Part shown: positions 1 through 6,905 of the stretch, in pieces | How positions within the stretch are numbered: the first letter of the stretch is position 1 | Layout: the number at the start of each line of letters is the position of its first letter | Assembly: GCA_043754515.1 (NCBI GenBank) | Contig: JAYUUO010000202.1 | Location: 1 to 10,147, forward strand | Reading direction: 5' to 3' | DNA: 10,147 nt | Source: Armatimonadota bacterium | GTDB lineage: Bacteria > Armatimonadota > Armatimonadia > Armatimonadales > Armatimonadaceae | The notes under the pieces: model-generated | What the model was told of the DNA's origin: nothing | The model's database searches: none | The model's input: the letters and a program-made list of their open reading frames with translations, nothing else | Translations under genes and position numbers: made by a program

Positions 1-6
1 TTGCCT

Positions 7-56
7 GTCCAGGCTACTTCGTAGCCGGACGTCGGGTACCCGCTTGCGGGTGGGAC
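7..56. repeat. Two adjacent short hairpins (GTCCa-GGCTAC-ttc-GTAGCC-GGAC; ACCCGC-tt-GCGGGT)
   Basis: Inverted repeats read directly at 7-30 and 38-51. Each is followed by a copy of its first bases (GTC at 31-33; AC at 55-56). Confidence 0.6.
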
Positions 57-93
57 GGACAGATCCGGGCATCCGAAACCGCCAACCGCGTAA

Positions 94-258
94 CTCCTAT
101 CTTTATTCTTCACCATCACGGAGCAGCCGGTGTATCCGGAGTTTACACAACACGGGCGGCTGTCTCAGGGCGAGATGAGCGTGCGCGACAACGGCGACGG
201 CACGGCGACGCTCACCGGCACGAGATGGTACTCGCTTCGGGTGCATCCTTTCTGGCCC
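94..258 (+). pseudogene. Internal fragment of an SRPBCC/polyketide-cyclase-like protein gene
   Basis: Frame 1 after the stop at 91-93 reads LFFTITEQPVYPEFTQHGRLSQGEMSVRDNGDGTATLTGTRWYSLRVHPFW. From memory this resembles the EQP..PE...H....G.....DNGDGT.TL.GT.WY.L.V.P segment of such proteins. There is no N-terminus, and the frame then runs antisense into polA. Confidence 0.4.
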
Positions 259-285
259 CGCGACAACACACAAGCCCCGCGAAAC

Positions 286-3222
286 TCACAACAGATCCGA
301 CACCGAATCGGCTGGCTCATCCGGGACGGGCGTCACGTCCGCCCATGTTTTACCGGTTTTAACCTCCACTTCGAGCGGCGCGTCGAGCGTGTACACCCCC
401 GTCATCGCCGCGCGAATATGCGGCGCGAGTCGCGGCACCTCGTCCGGGTCCGTTTCAAAGAGCAGTTCGTCATGCACCTGCAAGAGCATTCGCGCCTGAA
501 ACCCCTCCCGCGTCAGCATCTCGCGCACGGCTACCATCGCCAGTTTCATGATGTCCGCCGAGGTGCCCTGTACCGGCATGTTCGCCGCCGCGCGCTCCGA
601 CGCCTGACGGAACTGGAACACGCGGCTGTTGATGTCTGGTATGAAGCGGCGGCGACCGAACAGTGTTTGCACGTAGCCCTTGTCCTTCGCGAACTCAACC
701 GTGCCGTCAATATAGGCGCGGACACCGGGGAACCGGGCGAAGTACGACTCCTTGAGGGTCTTGGCCTCTGCGAAGGAAATGCTTAACCGCTTGGCGAGCG
801 CGAACTCCGAGATGCCGTAGATCACCGCGTAGTTAACGGTTTTGGCGGCGCGTCGCATGTCGCCGGTCACGTCCTCAGGCGGCACACCGTACATCTTGCC
901 CGCCGTGTATTTGTGGATGTCCTCGCCGGAATGGAACGCCGCGACCAGTGCCGGGTCCTTCGTGACGTGCGCGAAGATGCGCAGTTCTATCTGGGAATAG
1001 TCGGCGGAAATGAGGATCTTGTCCGGCGCGACGATAAAGGCGCGGCGTATTTCGCGCCCGATCTCGGTGCGTACGGGTATGTTTTGCAGGTTCGGGTTCG
1101 AGGACGAAATACGCCCGGTGGCAACGAGTGCCTGGTTCAGCGTCGTGTGCAATCGCCCCGTGTCGGCGCGCACCAACAGCGGCATGGCTTCGGCGTAGGT
1201 ATTCTTGAGTTTCATTAGCCCCCGGTGTTGAAGCACCTTCGCGACGATAGGGAACTGGGGCGCGAGTTCTTCGAGTGCCTCGACGCCGGTGGAATAGCCC
1301 GTTTTCGTTTTCTTGTTCGCGGGGATCTTCAGCCGCTCGAACAACACTTCCTGTAATTGCTTCGTGGAACCGATGGAAAACTCCTCGCCGCCCGCGAGCG
1401 CGAATATCTCCTTCTCCCGGTCGGCGATCTGGGTCGTCAGTTGCGCCGCCATTTTGTTCAGCGCATCCGAGTCGAGGACCATGCCCGTGGTCTCCATCTC
1501 GGCGAGGATTGGGGACACGGGAAGCTCCAGCGTTCGCATTACCTCTAGCGTCCCTTCGGAGGACAGGCGCGGCTCCTGAACTTTCGTGATCGCGAGCAGG
1601 GCGTCGGCGGCGGCGAACGATTCGCTCTTTTCGTGCGCCGCGATGTCGCCCTCCTCCATCGTTTTGCGCTCCTTCTTGTCGAGCGGGTGCAGTTCGCGCC
1701 CCGCGTAGTCGCCCGCCACATCAATGAGCGGGAAGGAGGCACGCCGCCCGGCGTTCAGCAGGTACGAGCCGATCTCGGTGTCGAACACCACGCCGCGTAG
1801 CATGATCCCGTGACAGAGCAATACCCCGGCGTCGGTCTTCTGGTCGTGACATATTTTCTTGACCGCCGGGTCGGAGAGGATGACACGCAGTATGTCTTTT
1901 TCGCCCACCGCCGCGTGCCCCGTCACACCAGCGGCGGCGGGTTCGCTTGTCGGCGCGTCGAATAGGGAGGGTTGTCCCGCGCCGCCCACGATCTTCGGCT
2001 CCGCGTCAGTCGCGGGGCGCGTCGCGTCGGGCATCATCAGCGGCACGTAGTAAACGGTTCCTCCGCCGGTCGCGAATGCCGCGCCGCGCAATTTCGCGTC
2101 TAGCACGCCGCCCTCGGTCACGTCGAGACGTACCCCGATCCGGTCCGCCCGCCGGATCGCGTCCATCATGGCGCGGACGGCGGCCTCGTCGTCCGGCTCT
2201 ATGCTCTGCCAGTCCGCGGCGACCATCTCGCGCGGCTCATCCGGGGGCGGCGCGGCGACCTCGGACTCGTCGGCGGCGAACGGGTCGTAATCATCCGCGT
2301 CGAGCCGCTCGTTCACCGTCACGGGCGCGTCCGCCGCTTTGCTCCCGGCGGGCAATCGTCGGAGCAACGTGCGAAACTCCAGCCGCTCGAACAGATCGCG
2401 GACCGCCTGCCAATCAGGTTCCACCCGCTCCGAGTCGAGCGCGGGCAGGTCAACATCGGGCAGGGGGACGTCGCGCACGATCACGGCGAGACGCTTGGAA
2501 AGCGTTATCTGCGCCTCGTTCGCGGCGACCGCCGCCTGAATCTTGGGCGGCTTGATCTCGTCCGCATGCGCGAAGACATTTTCGGCGGTGCCGTACTGTT
2601 GCAACAGCGTGGTTGCGGTCTTCTCGCCGACGCCGGGGACACCGGGTATATTGTCGCTCGTGTCGCCCTTCAAGGCGCGGTAGTCGGCGAGCTGGTTCGG
2701 CTTCAGGCCGTACCGTTCCTCCACTTTCGCCTCGTCGTAGATCACGGTGTCGGTGACGCCCTTCACGGTGGTCATGACGCGGACGTTCGGCTCGACGAGC
2801 TGTAGCGCGTCCAGGTCGCCGGAGACGATAATCACGTCGTAGCCGGCTTCTTTGCCCTGCCTCGCGAGCGTCCCGATGATGTCGTCCGCCTCGAAGCCCG
2901 GCGCGGTCACGGTCGGGATGCGGAACGCCTTGACCAGTTCGCGGGCGAGCGGTGCCTGCTCCGTCAGTTCGGGGGGTGTTGTTTTGCGGGTGCCTTTGTA
3001 CTCGGCGTACTCGTCGTGGCGGAACGTCTTGCCTTTGTCCCAGGCGCAGATCATGACATCCGGCTGTTGATCCTGCAAAAGCGTGAGCAGCATCATCGTG
3101 AATGAAAATATCGCGTTCGTGTGCAACCCCGCGCTGGTCGTCAGCGCACGCATCGCGAAGAAGCCGCGATAAAGGAGCGAATTCCCGTCAATCAGAACTA
3201 ACTTTTTAGAAGTGTCCGGCAT
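286..3222 (-). CDS. polA: DNA polymerase I (978 aa); 3'-5' exonuclease domain probably degenerate
   Basis: 5'-nuclease motifs LIDGNSLLYR, EADDIIGT, SGDLD and GDTSDNIPGVPGVGEKTA. Polymerase motifs TGRISSSNPNLQNIP, A (DYSQIELR), B (RRAAKTVNYAVIYG) and C (LQVHDELLFE). Confidence 0.98.
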   Translation of the reverse strand: MPDTSKKLVLIDGNSLLYRGFFAMRALTTSAGLHTNAIFSFTMMLLTLLQDQQPDVMICAWDKGKTFRHDEYAEYKGTRKTTPPELTEQAPLARELVKAFRIPTVTAPGFEADDIIGTLARQGKEAGYDVIIVSGDLDALQLVEPNVRVMTTVKGVTDTVIYDEAKVEERYGLKPNQLADYRALKGDTSDNIPGVPGVGEKTATTLLQQYGTAENVFAHADEIKPPKIQAAVAANEAQITLSKRLAVIVRDVPLPDVDLPALDSERVEPDWQAVRDLFERLEFRTLLRRLPAGSKAADAPVTVNERLDADDYDPFAADESEVAAPPPDEPREMVAADWQSIEPDDEAAVRAMMDAIRRADRIGVRLDVTEGGVLDAKLRGAAFATGGGTVYYVPLMMPDATRPATDAEPKIVGGAGQPSLFDAPTSEPAAAGVTGHAAVGEKDILRVILSDPAVKKICHDQKTDAGVLLCHGIMLRGVVFDTEIGSYLLNAGRRASFPLIDVAGDYAGRELHPLDKKERKTMEEGDIAAHEKSESFAAADALLAITKVQEPRLSSEGTLEVMRTLELPVSPILAEMETTGMVLDSDALNKMAAQLTTQIADREKEIFALAGGEEFSIGSTKQLQEVLFERLKIPANKKTKTGYSTGVEALEELAPQFPIVAKVLQHRGLMKLKNTYAEAMPLLVRADTGRLHTTLNQALVATGRISSSNPNLQNIPVRTEIGREIRRAFIVAPDKILISADYSQIELRIFAHVTKDPALVAAFHSGEDIHKYTAGKMYGVPPEDVTGDMRRAAKTVNYAVIYGISEFALAKRLSISFAEAKTLKESYFARFPGVRAYIDGTVEFAKDKGYVQTLFGRRRFIPDINSRVFQFRQASERAAANMPVQGTSADIMKLAMVAVREMLTREGFQARMLLQVHDELLFETDPDEVPRLAPHIRAAMTGVYTLDAPLEVEVKTGKTWADVTPVPDEPADSVSDLL

Positions 3223-3254
3223 GGCTTTACTATTCCCGTTTCCGTGGTGTTGTA

Positions 3255-3329
3255 CCTGCGAACTACTACGGCGTGAATGGAGGACGCGGAAATATCCTTC
3301 CGCATCGGTACTTTCCGCCGTAGTGCAGG
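3255..3329. promoter_or_regulatory. Long imperfect inverted repeat in the divergent polA/ung intergenic region
   Basis: Nested pairs: CCTGC 3255-3259/GCAGG 3325-3329; ACTACGGCG 3265-3273/CGCCGTAGT 3316-3324; GCGGAA 3286-3291/TTCCGC 3298-3303. Function unknown. Confidence 0.5.
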
Positions 3330-3362
3330 AGTAGTCACCTTTTTGGAGAATTGAGAAATATT

Positions 3363-4064
3363 ATGGATATGACCTTACCAGACGATTGGCGAGACGCGCT
3401 GTCCGCCGAACTCACGAAGCCGTATATAGCCGAACTCGCGGCTTTCGTAGATCAGGAGCGCACGGCGCACACGGTATTTCCGCCCGAACCCGACGTTTTC
3501 AACGCGCTGAAGCTGACGCCGCTCTCCGCGGTGAAGGTCGTCATTCTCGGTCAGGACCCCTACCACAACGACGACCAGGCGCACGGGCTGTCGTTCTCGG
3601 TGCGCCCCGGCATTAAGCCGCCGCCTTCCCTGCGTAACATCCTGAAGGAACTACAGAGCGACCTCGGGATCGAGTCGCCGAAGAACGAGGGCTATCTAGG
3701 CTCCTGGGCGGAGCAAGGGGTGTTACTGCTCAACACCGTGCTCACCGTCCGCGCGCACGAACCGGCGTCGCACAAAGGGCGCGGCTGGGAGACGTTCACC
3801 GACGCCGTGATTGGCGCGGTAGCGGCGAAGCCCGATCCGGTCGTTTTCGTCCTATGGGGTGCCTACGCGCAGAAGAAGGAGAAACTGCTCGCGGCGTCGG
3901 AGCAGCACATCGTCATCTCCACCGTGCATCCGTCCCCCCTGTCGGCCAAATCCGGGTTTTTCGCCAGTAAACCCTTCAGCAAGATTAACGAGGCTCTGGA
4001 GAAGGCGGGGGAGACGCCTGTGGATTGGCGTCTCGTCAAAGCCGAGGTATTAACGCTCGCTTGA
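3363..4064 (+). CDS. ung: Uracil-DNA glycosylase, family 1
   Basis: Catalytic GQDPYH, AHGLSFS, PPSLRNI, GVLLLN and the HPSPLS leucine loop. The start is uncertain (TTG 3351, ATG 3363 or ATG 3369). Confidence 0.97.
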   Translation: MDMTLPDDWRDALSAELTKPYIAELAAFVDQERTAHTVFPPEPDVFNALKLTPLSAVKVVILGQDPYHNDDQAHGLSFSVRPGIKPPPSLRNILKELQSDLGIESPKNEGYLGSWAEQGVLLLNTVLTVRAHEPASHKGRGWETFTDAVIGAVAAKPDPVVFVLWGAYAQKKEKLLAASEQHIVISTVHPSPLSAKSGFFASKPFSKINEALEKAGETPVDWRLVKAEVLTLA

Positions 4065-4140
4065 TCGGGGGCAATTGCGTCCGTTGCTGGTTGTTTGCAC
4101 CCGCGATAAGGAGCGGGGTGCGCTTGCGCCGTGAGTCAGA

Positions 4141-4199
4141 TCGCGTGTCGTCGGTATCCCCTCTCCTCCGGATACCCTCCAAATACCGATGACGCGCGA
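4141..4199. terminator. 17-bp stem-loop between convergent ung and the Rpn-like pseudogene (terminator- or REP-like)
   Basis: TCGCGTGTCGTCGGTAT (4141-4157) pairs with ATACCGATGACGCGCGA (4183-4199) with two G.U pairs on the + strand. There is no U-tract. Confidence 0.45.
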
Positions 4200-4832
4200 G
4201 CCGCTCTCTCAAATGGCATCCAGCAAGCCATCCCACGCCTCGACATCGAGTACGCGGTCGAGCAACTCCTCCAAAACCGTGAGCGAGCCAATGTCCCGCA
4301 CCCGTGCCTCTATCGCGGGCGGCGCGACGCCCAAGCGACGCATCCCCTGTCGGAGCAGAATACGCCGGGCTTCCCGCAACGCGCCTTCGACCTGCCCCTC
4401 GGTCCGGCCTTGCGTCAATCCCTCGGCTCGCCCCTCGGCTCGCCCCTCGCGCAAGATTTGTTGGTAAGCATTCGATTCCCGTATCTGATAAATACCCCGT
4501 CGCATCTGGTTTCGGAATGTCTTATCGTACCGCAAGCCCATAAAAATATTCGTCGCCGTCCACAGTTCGCCCTCCTCCGTCTCGCCTGTCGCCTCGGCCT
4601 CGATCCGCGCCCGCATCATCTTGATAACACGCCCCAACCCGGTCGGGCGCACGTTCGAGATCGGCGCGAACGGTAGCGTGGACAGTGCTCCTTCAAGTAG
4701 TTCTCCGACATCTAATTGCCATACGCGAACGACATTGTAGCGGAACGCGAAGTAAATGTTACCGGAAATGTCGGGCACGTCGAACGTGCCGGTGATGCGC
4801 GGATGATGCGGTCGGCGTAGAGGGTGATGTCC

Positions 4833-4855
4833 GACAAAACGCAGTTTTTGTCGTG
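4833..4855. repeat. 23-nt hairpin insertion GACAAAAC-GCA-GTTTTTGTC-gtg with GACA duplication
   Basis: GACA at 4833-4836 is repeated at 4856-4859. Removal restores the codons L-S-D-I-T. Confidence 0.7.
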
Positions 4856-4860
4856 GACAG

Positions 4861-4880
4861 GTTTGCAAGTGTGCAAACGC
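4861..4880. repeat. 20-nt hairpin insertion GTTTGCA-AGTG-TGCAAAC-gc
   Basis: Perfect 7-bp stem. Removal restores V-D-A-D-L-S. Confidence 0.8.
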
Positions 4881-4934
4881 GTCGGCGTCCACGAGCGACA
4901 CCTCGCCCGGCGGGAGCCCGAGGGACGCGACCCA

Positions 4935-4954
4935 GTCCACAAGTGTGCGGACGT
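4935..4954. repeat. 20-nt hairpin insertion GTCCACA-AGTG-TGCGGAC-gt with GTC duplication
   Basis: 14/20 identical to 4861-4880. Removal restores H-P-A-D-W-V. Confidence 0.8.
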
Positions 4955-5175
4955 GTCTGCGGGGTGCATCTCGATCAGGCGTTTGGTGACGGCATCGTAG
5001 GGTTTAGGGATACGACCGTAGTATGGCGCAGTCGGGAGTGATTCCAAAACAGGGCGTGGGCAGGTCTACCTTCAGTCGCGCCCTCACGTGGCGTACCGCG
5101 CGGAGTCACCGGGCGGGCTAATATGCCGCGCGTGTCGGGCGCGTTTATCATACCAGTGCGGCGTTACCGGTGGCC

Positions 5176-5200
5176 AAAGGCAAACAAATTGTTTGCTTTT
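5176..5200. promoter_or_regulatory. Palindromic operator-like site GCAAACAA-A-TTGTTTGC
   Basis: Perfect 8-bp arms at 5180-5187 and 5189-5196, extending to 12 bp with one mismatch. AT-rich and overlapping the predicted -35. Confidence 0.55.
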
Positions 5201-5222
5201 CGAGACCCCGGTTTGTTATCAT
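5193..5222 (+). promoter_or_regulatory. Sigma70-type promoter upstream of the sigma factor gene
   Basis: TTGCTT (5193-5198), 18-nt spacer, TATCAT (5217-5222), with extended -10 TG at 5214-5215. Confidence 0.55.
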
Positions 5223-5555
5223 GTACGGGTGAGAGCCACCCTCCGTGAAAAGACGCTGCAAGCCGCGCATGAATTTGTCGCGCGATCCCGCCTATTGGCA
5301 CGGATTGTGCGACTTACAGGTGTGCCCGAAGCGTTCCGAAGATGGTCGCGTCGGGGATACCGGGATCGCGCCGTAGTCGGGGTGACGGTTTACCCCGCCG
5401 GGGCGACCGGAGTCAAGTCCCCGGGGGCGGTTCCACGCGGAACGCCGTGCTTGCCGGATCGGTTCGCAAGCGGAGTTATCGAGACGTTGCGGGCGGATGG
5501 TGTCGGGCATCGCCGACAGTCCCCCCCCGCCGCGCCCGGTAACAAGGAGCAACTT

Positions 5556-6548
5556 ATGACCGTGACCGTTCCTGAAACGGGGGCGAGCGTCGCCCCCTGG
5601 ATCAACCTCGCGCCGCCCCCGTTCGCGGCGACGGACTTCGCGCCGCCCGCTGCCGCGCCGCGCGACGGGTCGTCCCCGGAAACGGAGGAAGACGCGGTGA
5701 CCACCGGGAATAACGGCACCGACCCGTACAGTTATGCCAGCCGCCTGACGCGCGCCGCGTTACTATCGCCGGAGCAGGAGGTCGTGCTCGCCAAGCGGAT
5801 TCAGCGGGGCGGGGCGGCGGGCGAGACCGCGCGGACGCGGCTGGTCGAGGCGAACATGCGTCTGGTATTCGCGGTCGCCAAGGCGTACCGCTCGTCGGGA
5901 ATCGCCCTCGAAGACCTGATCCAGGAGGGTGCCATCGGCCTGATGACCGCGACCGAACGCTTCGACTGGCGGCGCGGCTACCGCTTCTCGACGTACGCGA
6001 CGCAGTGGATACGCCAGTCCATCGGCCGCGCCGTTGACAACAAAAGCAAAAGTATCCGGTTGCCCGCGCACGTCTCCGAAGCACTGCGCAAGATCGAGCG
6101 CATCCGCGTCGAGTACCGGCGTGAGACGGGCGAGGAGGCCACCGCCGACGTGCTGGCACCGCGCATGGGTCTGACGCTACGCAAAGTCACCCTTCTATTG
6201 CAAACGCTGGCGGACCCGCTCTCGCTCGACATGCCGGTCGGGGAGGACAGCGGCGCGAGCCTCGGCTCGCTACTCCACGACCGCGACGCGCCCGACCCGC
6301 AGGCGATCCTGGCGTCCGCCGAACTCAACGCGGAGATCCACGTCATCATGGGGACGTTGGACGAGCGCGAGCAGGTGATCATGCGCAAGCGGTTCGGCTT
6401 CGACGGCGAGGAGGCGTATGTCCTGCAAAAGATCGGCGACGATCTGTCGATCAGCCGGGAGCGCGTGCGCCAGATCGAGGCGCAGGCATTGCGCAAGCTG
6501 CGCACCCTCGCCCGCCAGCGACAGATGCGCGACTACTTATACCGGTGA
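5556..6548 (+). CDS. RpoD/SigA-like alternative sigma70 factor lacking region 1.1 (330 aa)
   Basis: SD AAGGAG at 5544-5549, 6 nt before ATG 5556. Region 1.2 LLSPEQEVVLAKRI, region 2 LVEANMRLV..DLIQEGAIGL..RFSTYATQWIRQ, then IRLPAHV, SLDMPV and region 4 SRERVRQIEAQALRKLR. Confidence 0.93.
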   Translation: MTVTVPETGASVAPWINLAPPPFAATDFAPPAAAPRDGSSPETEEDAVTTGNNGTDPYSYASRLTRAALLSPEQEVVLAKRIQRGGAAGETARTRLVEANMRLVFAVAKAYRSSGIALEDLIQEGAIGLMTATERFDWRRGYRFSTYATQWIRQSIGRAVDNKSKSIRLPAHVSEALRKIERIRVEYRRETGEEATADVLAPRMGLTLRKVTLLLQTLADPLSLDMPVGEDSGASLGSLLHDRDAPDPQAILASAELNAEIHVIMGTLDEREQVIMRKRFGFDGEEAYVLQKIGDDLSISRERVRQIEAQALRKLRTLARQRQMRDYLYR

Positions 6549-6692
6549 CGCTCCTCTCTGCGGCGATCGCGCCACGGTTAGGCCACTTATCCGGCGGGGG
6601 CGGCGGGGCGCATCTGGTGGGAACGGTTCACCGTCCGCACTCGCGCCCACCGGAACGGCGCGCTGTCCGCACCCGCGAATATACGTTGTATT

Positions 6693-6759
6693 ACCAACGA
6701 AACTATGATGCCATCGCCTTGTGCCTTCCCTAGGGCGATTGCATCATAGTTTCGTTGGT
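6693..6759. repeat. 29-bp-arm inverted repeat, possibly two abutted IS-like ends or a MITE-like remnant
   Basis: ACCAACGAAACTATGATGCCATCGCCTTG (6693-6721), 9-nt loop, TAGGGCGATTGCATCATAGTTTCGTTGGT (6731-6759); 26/29 positions complementary. Confidence 0.8.
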
Positions 6760-6905
6760 TACGCGCCTCTCAGACCCTGGGGGGTGTGCCGCGCTCGCGT
6801 AACCACGCGGGCACCCACCCCGCGCCGACGCGGGCGCGGCGTGAAGCCGGGCGAGGGGAGCCGGAGAGTAAGAAGGCGAAGAGCGTTGCCCCAAGGCGCG
6901 GAGAA

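Larger units (their letters stand above)
4209..5011 (-). pseudogene. Rpn-like (PD-(D/E)XK putative transposase/nuclease) DUF4351-type gene, disrupted
   Basis: The C-terminal half has family-typical FRYNVVRVWQ, TLPFAP, ELWTATNIFMGLRY, ESNAYQQILREG, EGRA repeats and the ..WDGLL end. The N-terminus (xPKPYDAVTKRLIEMHPAD) is in another frame, starts at ATC rather than ATG, and is broken by three short insertions and an internal deletion. Confidence 0.85.

Noticed and set aside
130..786. 218-aa + strand ORF as a full gene
   Set aside because: Beyond about 260 it is the antisense shadow of polA. Only the first ~43 codons look protein-like.
2136..2159. 8-bp inverted repeat in polA
   Set aside because: GC-rich, within normal coding sequence and without a clear flanking duplication; probably chance.
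913..3070. Multiple short ORFs overlapping polA
   Set aside because: Arg/Ser/Pro-rich shadow or alternative frames typical of high-GC coding DNA.
4395..4450. 12-nt tandem repeats
   Set aside because: They encode the ordinary EGRA/EGxx repeats of this protein family and are not a separate element.
4209..4940. 243-aa ORF as an intact protein
   Set aside because: Its GTG start lies inside an inserted hairpin, the AFAHLQ..RRPH stretch is insertion or out-of-frame sequence, and the catalytic segment is missing.
5088..5228. Sigma factor start at GTG 5088
   Set aside because: It lies upstream of the predicted promoter, has no SD, and its translation is not sigma-like.
5176..5265. c-di-GMP-I riboswitch suggested by AAAGGCAAAC
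   Set aside because: The GAAA-loop stem and GCAAAG receptor do not follow at the required spacing.
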